The notes: generated by a model not told the origin, from the sequence alone. DNA of 64,000 nucleotides from Camelus ferus (GCF_009834535.1 NC_045696.1:65970001-66034000), one strand, 5' to 3'; numbered from the stretch's first letter, positions 38,525 to 51,059 are shown. Numbers and translations: made by a program.

Positions 38525-38890
38525 AAAAAGGAGGGATGACTCAGAGGGTGAAGCCAAGAGCCATAGAAGCTTATTTCCAGGTCTTGAATTCTAATGGAAT
38601 TAACCTGCTTGGTTTCAAAATTTATTGGGACCAGTTATTCCTTTCTTACTTCCATTTTCTTCCTTTTGGAATGGAAAAGTCTGTAACTGTTGTCCTACGC
38701 CTGTCCCTCAGTTGCATTTCGGGAGCCGATAACTTCTCTTGATAACTTCTTTTCTTGTTTCACACATCCACAAATGGAGTGGAATTTTGTCTCAGGATGG
38801 ACAGGTCATACCCAGAGTCTCGTGCCTGATTTAGAGTAATGTATTTTGCATGTAGGATGCACATGAATCTTGGGCGGCAACAAGGCAGAC
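38525..38890 (+). mobile_element. MaLR (MLT1-int) internal 3' segment
   Basis: 'caggtcttgaattctaatggaat...ccttttggaatggaaaagtctgtaac...gtattttgcatgtagga...acatgaatcttggg' directly abuts the LTR. Confidence 0.8.
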
Positions 38891-39822
38891 GGTGATACCC
38901 TTAATAATGCTTCCTTATAAGATGTCCACACCCGAATCCTTAGAACCTGTGAATGTTATCTCATATAGTAAAAGAGACTTTGCAGATATAATGTAGTTAA
39001 GGATTTTGAAATTAAGACAATATCCTGGATTATCAGGATGGGCCTGATGTAATCATTAGGATGTTTATGAGAGGAATGCAGAAAGAACCAAACTACAGAG
39101 AGGGTCATAAGGTGCTAGACACAGAGATTGGAGTGATGTAACTTGACAATGGGGGCAGGGGGTGGCAGGGAACTGTGATGGTTAATTTTCTATGTCGGCT
39201 TGCCCAGGCTGTGGTTGCCAGTGAATAGCTGCGAAGCTATTCTTTAGATGTGATTAACATTTAAATAAATTGACTTTGATCACCCTCCATAACTTAAGTA
39301 GGCCTCATCCAACCAGCTGAAGGTTTTCAGGGGAAAAACTGAAGTTCCAAAGGGGAAAAAACCTTCTGCCTCCAAACTGCTTTCAGACTCAGGAATGCAG
39401 TATCAACTCTTCCCTGGGACTCCAGCCTCTGACCTGTTCTGAAAATTTTGAATTTGTTAGCATCCACCATGGCATGAGTTAATTCCTTGAAATAAATCTT
39501 AATCTCAATCTCTCTTTTTTTCTCTCTCTCTCCCTCTCAAGCCTATTGAATCTGTTTCTCTGGAAAATTCTAATCCAGGGACATAAACTAAAAAAAAAAA
39601 AAAAAAAAAAAATACAGATGGCCTCTGGAAATTGGAAAAGACAATTACACATACTCTCCTCTAGAGCCTCCAGAAGGAACCAGCTGTGCTGACACACTGA
39701 ATTTAGCCCAGTGAATCTAACTTTGAACTTCTGCTCACCAGAACTGTGAAAGAATACATTTGTGTTGTTATAAGCCAACAAGTTTGTGGTAGTTTTTACA
39801 GCTGCCCTAGGAAACTAATGCA
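38891..39822 (+). mobile_element. MLT1C/D LTR (interrupted by MLT2)
   Basis: 'agatgtccaca...gaacctgtgaatgtta...gactttgcagat...ctagagcctccagaaggaaccag...ggaaactaatgCA'. Confidence 0.9.
39174..39577 (+). mobile_element. MLT2 (C/D-like) solo LTR nested in the MLT1 LTR
   Basis: Starts TGTGATGGTTAATTT, ends 'ctgtttctctggaaaattctaatcCA'; 5-bp TSD ggaac / gggac. Confidence 0.9.
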
Positions 39823-39992
39823 GGACCTTACCTTCACTTAAGTAGTAAAAGACTCCTGTTCTAAAATATGTTCTTTTAGCTAATAGTATCTCTCCTCTTA
39901 TTTAAATGACAAGTATCACTGACTCATCCTGTGTCTCACTTTGCGTCATTTCAAACTTCCTTTTTACTTCAGTTTTTGCCGTGTCAACCTAC

Positions 39993-41245
39993 TGTGTGCA
40001 AGTGTAACCCAACTGTAACTCACTCCACCTGAGCCGTATGGAATAGCTCCACTTATCTTCTTGGCTTCTCTTCCACTACCTTGTGGAACAATGTCCAGAA
40101 AGTCATCAGCCATTCTGACATGGAGAAAAATCTCAGATTTTGAGGGAGTTAACCCCACATGGCTGCTTTTAACTAGTGAGAGGTGAAAACAAGTGAATAA
40201 ATAATTTCTTCTTTTGAAATTCAGGAGAAATAAACAAGTGCTTTCTACCTGGTCCTCCGAAGAACCAGATCTCAAGTAAGATAGATGTCTAGTGTCCCAC
40301 TGAGGTGATTAACATGGTAATTTATTCTGAGATTGGCTCTCCTTCTTCCCTTTTATACCCTTCTCACTCCCACTCCTATTCCTTGGGATCACTCTCAAAA
40401 ATAAACTATCTGCATGGAGGACTATATTTCATGCCTACTTTTTTAGGGAAACTAGTTTAAGTTGATTGGCAACAGAAAAGACCCTGGAAAGCACATCACC
40501 AGGTTGGGATTCTAAAACTAGAACACTCACCAGTCAGGTGACAGTGAGGACTATGGTACTGCTGGTAAATGGGATGATGATAACTCTTGCATGCCGTAGG
40601 CTTATAGTCTCTAAGAATTTTACCAATGATAGGTTGAAACTTTAGCTTCTGAGGTAGTTTTAAAGGGTTGATATTTAAATATCTGATAGGGGCAGAAGTC
40701 ATTCTAAAGATTGTCATTTGGCTGGTTCTTATTTGCAGCTTCAAAACCTTTAGAACATAAAGTGATTGACTTAGGTAGTTAAACTCTGAAAATTAAAAAA
40801 AAATACTTCCATGGCAACATTTATATAAAGACCCTCAGCTCCAGCAGCTACAATGCAGAGGTCCAACTGTTAATTATAAATGTAGCTCAGTTACAGCTAA
40901 TTCTATAACCTTGATAGGTCTCTCATGTCAAAGACAAGATGCCAATAGAAAAAGAATGAGCCTTGAGGCCTACAGTGGGAATATTTGATTGAATGAGCTT
41001 CGAAGTCTAACCTCTGCATTGTCTCGACTGTTCTGACCCAGCAGGGGCCCTTTCCTTTCCCTTGTAACAAAAGGAATGCCTCTTGTTTCCTGGAGTTCCT
41101 GCAGACAACTGAGGACTTTGCCTTGCAAGATCATATTTGTTTTCATCAAAAAATATCCCTGCTTCTTTTTATTTCCTCCATAATAATAAATACAGTCAGC
41201 TTGAGTAAGAAAATAAAGCCCTTATTTCAGGAGGAAGTAGGCAGG
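39993..41245 (+). mobile_element. LTR16-type LTR (~39993-40463) followed by ERVL (ERV3-16A3-like) internal 5' region
   Basis: LTR 'gggagttaacccca...gggatcactctcaaaaataaacta'; internal 'ccctggaaagca...caggttgggattct...cactcaccagtcaggtgacagtgagga'. Confidence 0.75.
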
Positions 41246-42524
41246 AAAAGGATATATATATATACACACATACATATATATATATACACAGAGAGACACT
41301 CATCAAGCAAATGGGATAAAATGCTAACAATAGATTAATTGGAGTTAAATTCATATGGATGTTCTTTGCACTATTTTTATTTTTGTAACTTTTTATAAGT
41401 TTGAAATTATTACGAAATAAAATTGTTTAAAGTACATATTTTCAGAACTGCACTTTAAAGAAACGAGAAAAAAAAATAAGACTTTTCCTCTAGACTCCTA
41501 TATTCTACATTCCTAAGGAGAGCAAAAATTAGACAAATATTCTTTGATTTTAACATTTTAAAGGAGGCTAAAATCTCTTACAGTTCACACTCAACATCCC
41601 CAAACACATTTTAGGAATCAGTCCTGGATGATTGGTTGGATGATATAAAAAGTAATAAAACCACTTTCCTCAGACATGCCAGAGCAGGAGGTTGTGAAAT
41701 TGGTATGAGCTGGTTCAAAAGTAATCCGAGTCCTTGCTTGCATTCCAAACAAGCAAGATCAAAAAGTAAGCCCAAGGAGCAAGTTGTTCCTTAAGTATTT
41801 GACTTCTTTGACCCTAAGAAATACCTGAATTTTAAGAGACAAAATAGTACCCATGAAATTGAATTTTCTAACACCTTAAAATGTACGACGCTATGTAAAT
41901 GTCCAAAATGAATCATCTTCCTAGCTTTAGCCAAAAGTTATTAGAAAAGTGTTTTGCATTTTTTTTGAGTTCATGATATATGACAGGGAAAGCGATTTAA
42001 AAAAATCTATCTGAGATTGTTTTATTGTTCCACCTGATGAAATATTTTCACCCACTTCTATAATTTAATGTCCAAATTACAAATGGTGAAATGTTTCAAC
42101 TAATACATAATGTCATCCTATCGGAATTACTTAGGATGGATGGTCCTTTATTTCTCTAATCTGACCACTGCTTTTTTGTCTCTTCACTGCAAAATTGGCA
42201 TTCTACTTATGTTGTGAAACAAAAGGGACATTTTAAGCCTCTTTTTGTGGCATAAGTCTCATCAGGTTTGGCATGCAGAGATGAAAACACATCTCTCATT
42301 ACAGAGATAATAATTCCTAGGGAAAGTCAGCAGTTCTTTCTCCGTTCTCTCACTGTCCAGAAGCAGCAGTTTAGGGCTTAAATGCTTAATCACCTCCATT
42401 TTAGGTGAGTTATAATAGTGAGTGAAGGCTTCTAAGTTGTTCTAAAGACATTAAGTGATTCTCTACCCTGGGATAGGCACACTATATTTGTCCTACAGGT
42501 CATATTTTCAATACTTCAATTTTA

Positions 42525-42650
42525 TTTTAACCCACTAATTTTATATAGAAATAAACTGTGGCCTGGACAGAGGTGGTAACTCGTTCAAAGCAGAGTTGGA
42601 ATAGCATCCAGGCATCCTGTCTCAGCCTAACATTATAGGCTTCACACCTA
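42525..42650 (-). mobile_element. MIR SINE
   Basis: 'aattttatatagaaataaactgtggcctggacagagg...gcagagttggaatagcatccaggcatcctg'. Confidence 0.65.
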
Positions 42651-42924
42651 GAAACCTGTTTTTGTTTACTCTGGATTTACCCTGCTGGTGCCCTCAGCTT
42701 GAATGCAAGGAGGGAGCTCTGATTCCTTGCATTGATGATGATCCTTGGACGACCACCTACATATTAGTTTTAATGTGAAATAAGATTGTTCCCATGTAAA
42801 ATCTAAATGAGACTGCAGAGATTAAATAGGTTGTAACTATTTGCATGGTTGATGCTTGACTTTAGCTAAAGTTTGCAACATATATTGTTTTTGCTTTTAA
42901 AAGTGGATTTTTGTTGTTTTGAGA

Positions 42925-43400
42925 TAGAGACTAGAAAAACAATGGAAAATATTAACAAAGCTAAGTGTTGTTTTTTTTGAAAAGATGAAGAATAGTGACA
43001 AGACTTCAGTTAGTCTAACCAAAAAAAAAAAAAAAAAAGAGAGAGAGAGAAAAGACTCAAATAAGTAAGATTGTGAATAAAAGAAGAGCCATTACAACTG
43101 ATATTACAGAAATTCTGAGAATCGTAAGAGACTAATCTGAACAATTATCCACCCCAAACTTGGATAATCCAGAAGAAATGGATGAATTCTTAGAAATATG
43201 CAATCTACCAAGACTGAATCATGAAGAAACAGAAAATCTGAACAGACTAATAGCAAGTAATGAGGTTGAAGCAGTAATCATAAACCTCCCACTTGTTAAT
43301 CATAACATCCTACTTGTGAATTCTACTAAACATTTAAAAAAGAATTAACACCAATCTTCTTCAAACTCTTCCAAAAAAGCTGAAAGGGAGGAAACACTCT
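42925..43400 (+). mobile_element. L1 ORF2 fragment
   Basis: Peptide DNPEEMDEFLEICNLPRLNHEETENLNRLIASNEVEAVIINLP is L1 ORF2p. Confidence 0.92.
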
Positions 43401-43619
43401 GAGGATTGCAAACTCACGTTCTGAGAAATAGTCGTGGAAATTTTTGAGGCTTACATTGATGTTGCATTCTTTTAAAGTGAATTTGTGTTTTCTTCTGCCA
43501 CATGACTGGGTACACTATCAACTTGGGATCTTTTAAAATGAAATTCTGAGCTTATGTTTTGTTGGATCATATAGGTAGGTAACCCTGAATGACATGGCCA
43601 TGTAAGAATCAGCATATGT

Positions 43620-44445
43620 TTGCAGGCAATTATGGAATCTGAACTGAGACTGGATCTCAAACATGGGCTCTGAAATGCATTGTAAAACCCTTATTAGAAT
43701 GAGGACTTATGGAACACACGTGATCAATGGAATTATGGTCCAACTACATCTTACTATATACGTAACGGGGTCCTTGGACACATCCTTAGGTCAGTTGCCT
43801 GATCTCCAGTACATAAGTGAAATGCATATATTTAGAAGCTGGTAAAATCGTCATATAGATTATCTTGACTGCAGAGTAAATGATATAATGGAAGAAATGT
43901 CAAGTGAAAGCTCCTGAAACTGTCACCTCACACTGCCAGGATAGTAAATCAGCTGTATTACCATATACCAGGAGGAACTGCAGAGGTAAATGTAATCATC
44001 AAAGATATAAAGTATGCTGAGATGGTGACCCGCCCCCCTCCCCCCATTTAAATCAGCAGTACAATTCCTGAAAACGCAGATGATAATGACAGATAACAGA
44101 GAAATATGGTCACCCTTACCAAATGGCAGAATCCTTTGCAACTGTGTAAGCTGTGGATCCTAACTGGAATAGGTCAAGATAGTCCCTGACATTGGGTACA
44201 CAGCTATTGAGCTGGAATGTATTTTTCTCAATCCTCATCAGTAAAGGAAAAAAGAGTTTGTTTTACATGAGATAGACAGCAGTACACACTTCACTGTTTT
44301 GACCCTGAGCTATGTTAATTCTCTTGATCTATATCCAATAGTTGGCAAGTCCTATGATTATCTTAAAATTCTACATAATATAATGCTGTTCTACTACACT
44401 GATCTGCCATGTTCGTTGGACTTGGTAAGAGAGAAATTTCAAGTA
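43620..44445 (+). mobile_element. ERVL protease/reverse transcriptase remnant
   Basis: 'RTYGTHVINGIMVQLHLT' resembles ERVL 'GAYGGQVINGVLAQVHLT'; 'LSYVNSL...HNIMLFYYTD' resembles 'QGYINSP...ITLVHYIDD'; frameshifted and inactive. Confidence 0.85.
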
Positions 44446-44559
44446 CTTTTGTCATTTGTCTATGATGTCAAAAATTACAAAATATTATGGCTTTAGAAAA
44501 CAAATTGCATTTCTTTTTATTCACCTAACTTTTTACCTGAACTTTATATAATTTTGGTG

Positions 44560-45080
44560 TATCTTGAGAAGTTAAAATTTTTTCTAAGTTTCTAAATGCT
44601 TATTCTAGACCTATTATGGAATGAGCTCCAAGTTTCTTATTGATTTGCAAATATTTTCAAAATATGTTAAATTCATTGGCAATTTATTCTATTACATATT
44701 TCCTATTTTGCACATTTACTTTATCCAGTACAATAGTTTTTAATTTATAGAAACATATTTAAATTTATGCCTATTTTTTACTTTTTTAGTACTCTTTGAT
44801 AGTCTTATCTGTTTATATTTCCAGATAGCATCTGTTGTCTCATTACAGAGTTCCAAGGAAAAACGTGATAGGTTTAGTAGTGAAATTATGTTAATTCTAC
44901 TAATAATTTGGGAAAACTTAAGTCTTTATAACTATTGGAATATTTATCTATAATAGAAGTTTCTGCACATATTTTATACATTCAATAAGTTGTTACTGTT
45001 TCATATAAAATATGCATATTTTTCATTGGGTTAATCACTAAAAGGGAATTTTGTATTATTCTTTTTGTGAATGCAATCTA
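44560..45080 (-). mobile_element. Old L1 (L1ME-like) fragment
   Basis: 'ttctagacctattatgg...tttatccagtacaatagtttt...aatttgggaaaact...ctttataactattg'; strongly decayed. Confidence 0.5.
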
Positions 45081-47379
45081 CATTAATTAATAACATATTT
45101 TATTAAGAAACATCGGTGAATAAAGCAAATTAGGAAATAAATCCTGAAGAAAATGTGTTTTACTTTCTATGTAAATCTAGACCTTATAAATGTAGATACA
45201 CTTAAGTGTGTGGCAAAGAAGAGAACAGTAATAGTGAAGGGTCCTTGGCATTACACACAGAAGCAATTGAAAAGTAACAGTGTTTAGCTGACATAGGTGA
45301 GAAGTTGTAAGTTTCATCCATTGAAAAGTTTTCCATGTGGGCAGAATAGATATATTTGTGGTCATAAAAAATACAATTTTACCATGAACAGACATATCAA
45401 GGTAACAGATTTTGACAAAGTATTTTAATAAATTCAGTTATAGACAGCATAGGCTACCCCAGAACGCAATGAGTTAGTTCCCAGCCCTTGCAGAAGCTGA
45501 TAACCACTTGGAAGGGTATTTGTGAAACAGATAAGATATTGAATAGTGGTATTTTGAATTCCTTTCAATGGTAAGTCTTTGATAACATGGAACTTATGGT
45601 AGAGTTTATTCTCCACTCTGATGTTCGTCTAATCCCACACACAGAATTTATGATCTTAAAAAAAAAATATGGTTGATCATCATTCCCGTGACTGCGTTGC
45701 TTCAGTTCCTAGTTCAGTAGGCATTTTGTTGGCGGATGTAAAATTGCACCTGTAATATAGGATATTATTTGAGGACACAGCCCTTATTTAAATTCCTTCA
45801 GGGTTCATTTTAAAGTTAATGGTTTCAGCTGATTTGTTGGATTTGATTCACATTGTTAAATGCTTTAGTACAAGTTGGAAAAGCCAACTTTACATTCATT
45901 TGCTTGCAAGCAGAATAAATCCCCTACAACAAAAACCAAGAAGGGTGATTGACCTAACTCAGCTTTTGTGCCTTTATTTGTTAAGGAAGTCGAAAGAGCC
46001 ATGAGATTGATTAAATCAAATAAATAGGTTGGAGTTGACACTTTGGGTAATTTGGACAATTCTCTTTGTTTGATACCCCTGTAAGTCTTGCCAAGCCTGT
46101 TGCCATGCACACAAACACGACCGTTTGCTGGTAAATTATCACTTTTTGGAAACTGAGCTAACACTGGTTCCTCATTTAAAAAAAAAAAAGATTGTTGAGT
46201 CTAATGTAAATACCTAACAGCCCACTCCTGTTTGGGTTTCAGTTGGATGGTTTAAATGGTTTGTGAATTTTGTTTTCCTCACATACAAAATCAGCTGACT
46301 TTCTTAGCTTCCAACTCGAAACTGATAACTTTGATTCCTTTGAACACAAATAGAACAATTTTAATCTCTTGGCACAGATTTCAAGAAAACTTTATTTTTT
46401 TTTTTAATTAATACCATTAACCCATACATTTTCAAGCATTTCTCTGAGAGGCAGAGTGAGCAGAACAAAGCACATGGCTTTGCTGGGAGAGATTTAGGCA
46501 TCTGTTGAATCCTACGACACCCCCTCAGGACCTATGTTGGCTTCTATGGAAAGAGAATGAACCCAGTTTCTTGCAGGATGTTGCTTTACAAAGTAATGGG
46601 AAAGGAAAGAAAGAAGCACAATTCATTGTCACTCAAAACAAAAACGAAGTGGCACGAGAAAGGGATTAAGTGCCATAAGGTTTCCTGCATGAGAATGAGC
46701 AGCTTCTCTTGGGAAAGATTTTGTGAGCTCAGAAGGTGAAGAGTTTGAACCAGAAAAAAAATGAAGACAAGGAATTGAGGTCCAATAATAGGTAAGTAAT
46801 CTGCTTTCTAAGTGAATCAAATAATTCACTAATAAATTTTAAAAGGCATATGCTTTAGTCTTGTGAAAGGTGAATATTGCCCTGTATAGCAATTATTTTT
46901 GTAACTAAATTAGGCCATCCAAAAAGGCTTGACTTTCCAGGGACACTGGAAGCATATATCACTATAAAATCTCTAGAGAAGCCTGACCTGATATTGCATA
47001 TAATTGAGACATTTCTGCTTCCTTCAGGGAGTAAATCAGTTGATTTTCAACTCTTCTATTCAACTCTAATTTAAGTGTCCTCTTTCTAAACTGTAATTTG
47101 ACCCAGAACATCTCTGAAATGTCTGAGACATTTAGTAATTCCTCAAGGGACTGTTACACCTGTGACTCATGATGAATTCAGAAGATAGAACAAGTTAATG
47201 ACTTAAAAAAAAACATATTTGATGTGGTAGGATTCACTTCAAGGAAATCACTTAGCATAAAATCTAAAGGTCAGGAGGATGGAAAGTAGCAACATGATTG
47301 CCTAACACCATTTCCTTTAGTGTTAAATAAGGGAAGATCACTGTGTTCTTATCAGAAGAGGTGCTTTTATAAACTAACA

Positions 47380-47575
47380 TCAGAAGGGCAGCATGATGTT
47401 GTTGAAAGAGGGCTAGGGTAGGAATTGAAGACCTGGAATCAGTTCTGGCTTTGATACAAATTTTTTGCATGACTCTACTTACATACATCTCCTCCCGGGG
47501 CCCCAGTGCCCCCCTGCACCTGTCTGATAGAAGAGCTGGAGAAGATCAATTCTAAGGTCACTTCCAGTTCCTACA
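47380..47575 (+). mobile_element. MIR3/MIRc SINE
   Basis: 'gggcagcatgatgttgttgaaagagggc...gaagacctgga...gagaagatcaattctaaggtcacttccagttc'. Confidence 0.75.
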
Positions 47576-47609
47576 GCGCTATCTCACCTTGCCATGCATT
47601 TGATCCTTT

Positions 47610-48212
47610 TAAGACAGGATGGGAGGGGGCAGGGCCCAGCCATTCAAGGAATGCTACAGCAATTAACATCAAAATGGTGAAAGATTCAACCCCCAGGAGG
47701 CCCTGAGGCTCAGGATGATGAGAGATTTAACTTCTAGTAGATCTTGAGCTTCATTATATGCTCATTGTAATACATTAACATGGTGAGTAACACGCCCACA
47801 GGCACCATGGCAGTCCCAAGGCTGGCCACAAAAGGTCAAAGAGTGGGAAATGGCCAGCTTCCTGGGAATCCCAGCCTCTTCCCCAGGCTACTTAGACTGG
47901 TCCTTTCGCTTACTAGCATATGAAGCCACCAAGCCCATAAAACCTTGCGGCCACCTCTCTCTCTCTCTCCATTCAGAGACAACCCACACTCTGTCTAGAG
48001 GGTGTGTATCTACTTTTAACCCACACAGCTCGTGGCCTTTCTCTTGCCTTTCAATATATCTCTCTGAATAAATCTACCTTGACTCAACTGTGGCTCGCTC
48101 TGCTCTTGAATTCTTCCCTGAGTGAAGCCAAGGACCCACACTTGGCAGGGCACATCCAACCGAAGCCTGGGACACGGCCCTTCTCACGCCCCACATCTGT
48201 TTTCCTGCATCA
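47610..48212 (+). mobile_element. MER41-like ERV1 solo LTR (cetartiodactyl type)
   Basis: Starts TAAGACAGG (decayed TG), ends TTCCTGCATCA, exact 4-bp TSD cttt/cttt; internal 'ctcattgtaa...cacgcccacaggcaccatggcagt', AATAAA at ~48067, 'cttgaattctt'. Confidence 0.82.
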
Positions 48213-48814
48213 CTTTCGTACTTTTAAGAGTGAATTGAGATGGAGGCCTGACTTGAGTTTATAGGCTTGAAAAGTTTGGAAGCTACTCTGTGGTGAATCA
48301 TGCAAAGCCAAGTCACAGCTAGAATTACATTAGAAATGAAGCTGAGAAGATTAGGAATAGATCACTTGGCCACAAACCAGTGTTGAAGAATCTAGTGTTG
48401 AAAAGAAACAGAATGTACTAATAAGTAACATAGTTTGAAGTTTTGCATTACATTTGATGCTCCGTTTGAAAGTCTGGAAATGGCGACTGTATGCAAAATC
48501 ATAGGCTAGCAGCGACTACTAGGACACTAATTGAACAAAATACTATAAAGTTTAAAGAGATTAGAATGATTAATCTTTCTGATGCTAATGATAAAAAATA
48601 GGTTGACTATATTTAAATGACAGCCTAGGAAATTGATTCAGAAACTGGAAACGGGGTTGGATGAAGGCTTTTAAAAATATCTGGGTGACACACTCATTTT
48701 ATAGATGGAGAAACTGAGGCTCCAGAGAGATTTGTCTAAGAGAGAGAGCAAAAGAGAAAATGGAAAATAGAAACACAATTGACTAATATACATATATATA
48801 TTGCATATTTTGTA

Positions 48815-49481
48815 TATTAAAACCAAGTAGAACTCTGTGGAGACTTTCTGGGGGCCAGCACCCCCAATGTCTTTTGCTTTTTGTTTGTAGAATAGCTTTA
48901 GCCTCCTAGGCCTTAACCACATTCCAAAGAGCAGATTTAATCAGAGAAGTGAGAAAATGCAGAATCAAAGGGAAAAATTCAAGCAAGACAAAATAATAAC
49001 AGTTTAGCCATAAAACAAACTCAAGGACCTTTAGTTCCTCCTCAAGAGCTATAGATGATATTCTAAGCCATATCCTTGAGTTGTTTGACAGATACTTGAA
49101 CCCCCTACCCCACAAGGTGGAAGAAGTTAACTGCATGCTGACTCTGAGCACGTAGACCCCAGACCAGTTGGAACCAGAAGGCTGATGATGTTAACTCCCA
49201 AAGCATCACCCTATTACCTCACCACCAGCCCGTTAGAAGGATTTCCATGAGCTGATTCCACACCCCACAAGACCCTCTCCCTCACCCGGCCTTTAAAACA
49301 CTTCCCTGACAGAAAGCCCTCGGGGAGTTCGGGTCTTTTGAGCATGAGCTGCCTGTCCTTGCTTGGCCCCATGTTAGGCATCTTGTAATAATCACTGCAC
49401 TCTCCTTCACCACAGCCCTGTGTCAGTAGATTGGCTTTACTGCTCGAAGACAAGCAGGCTCAAGTCCGGTTCAGTTTTACA
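48815..49481 (+). mobile_element. ERV1-type solo LTR (LTR39-like, cetartiodactyl)
   Basis: 'tattaaaaccaagtag...ccagaccagttggaaccagaagg...cctttaaaa...ggggagttcgggtcttttgagcatgagctgcc...gtgtcagtagattggcttt...ttcagttttACA'. Confidence 0.78.
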
Positions 49482-49929
49482 TCTGTTGGGAGGGGTGGGC
49501 AGAGAGACAGAAAGGGAGAGAGAGAAGGAGAGAGGGAACTTGTACACAGGAAAGTAGAGCTGAGAAATTTAGCAGGTCTAGGAAAACATTTAACTGCAGA
49601 AAAAAATCTGAGACTAGCTCTCTGGTTTGAATATTATTGAGTAGAAATGTTTGTCTTCCTGGTTTCAAATTGAATAAATGTAAATTTATTGTAAACTGTG
49701 AAGTGTTAAGTAAATTCCATGGATGCTGTTAATGTATTAGCTCTTCTAAAGTTATCTGTGTTTTAGAAAGAAATCGCTGCAGTTGTAATGACCTTACTTT
49801 AAAGGACTGTGTATTGCCCTGGTGAGGAAGCCTGAGTGACTCCATTTTCCCTGCAGACTGATAGATTTCAGAAATATAGGCTTAGTGGTAAGAATGGGAC
49901 TTTGAGTCATACTTCGAAGTTTTAGAGGA

Positions 49930-50500
49930 ATAATTCAGGGAAGTTTCACAAACGTGATATTGAGGATTGGTTTGCATCCTGATTAGGACTTGACCAGGCG
50001 TAAAAATAAGGAAGGACCTCCCCAGAGAAATGTGTGGGAAGATACAGGCTGTTTAAGGAATGTGATGTATTTGAAAGACAGTGGGTGGTTGCAGATGGGC
50101 CTGGGGATATAAGTTGAGGCCAAAAGAAGAAAAAGGTTCATTTGCTGAAGTGTTTGGATTTTGCCTTATAAGCAATGAAGAGTCAAAAGAGGTTTTTAAG
50201 CATAGGAAATGCAGATCAAATCTACTTGTTAGTAAGATAGCTCTGGAGAGAAAACAGAAGACAGAGTAAGCGATAAAATATCTGAAATTCAATATAGTGT
50301 TCTTTGGCAGAAGTACAGGTGAGAAACGATGATTTTTTAAAGTAAATCAATGAAAGTGAGAACAGAGAAGAAAAGAATCCCTGAAATATATTGTCAGGTT
50401 CTGTGCCCTTTGTCACAAATCTCTTTGGATTGGGATATAGAGCAAATGACTTTGAATTTTCTAGTTTGGAAACCAAGTGGGTTATACACCATTATTCAAA
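49930..50500 (-). mobile_element. L2 LINE fragment
   Basis: 'tttggattttgccttataagcaatgaagagtc...ttttaagcataggaaatg...aagatagctctgg...aaatgactttgaattttctagtttgg'. Confidence 0.65.
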
Positions 50501-50804
50501 ATTGAGACAATTTGATGGATGATTGTGAACAATCAAATTTACACAGACAGTTACATTACTTGTTTTCTCTTATCAGTTTTACTTTATGTATCCCTGTTTT
50601 ATGCCAACGGGTACCTGTAGAGTTGCAGATATTTCTTTACCCTTTGGAAACTTTCAGTCTACTTAGGGTGATGGACATGGATACAATGATATAAGAAAGA
50701 ATGTAATGAGAATTATGAGATCAATATAAAGTACTAGCTAGTACCAGGTCGTGCCAAGGGAGAAAGACACCGATCTGACTATTCCTGCACTGGGTCTGTG
50801 TCTT

Positions 50805-50925
50805 TGCAGTTAAACTGTGAGCTCTTTGAGGTCAGGAGCTGAGTATTATTCATCTTCGAATTTGTGAACCTAGCACAGTGTCTGACCCCTAGTTAACATT
50901 CAGAAAATGCTTATTGATTGGAATT
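50805..50925 (+). mobile_element. L2 3' end
   Basis: 'taaactgtgagctctttgaggtcaggag...tattcatctt...cctagcacagtgtctgac...aaatgcttattgattgg'. Confidence 0.85.
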
Positions 50926-51059
50926 GGTGATAAATACATTAACAGTGACTCCAGGAAAGAGTACTTGTTTATTTCTCATTCTCTTATAGTCTAACAGAGA
51001 AATAAGGTAAGTGAAAAGAAATTCAGTTTTGAAAGAATTTGGCTATAGAAGTTAATGCA

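Noticed and set aside
43620..44496. Possible domesticated retroviral pol gene
   Set aside because: Multiple frameshifts and stops; the catalytic YIDD motif is decayed to YTD
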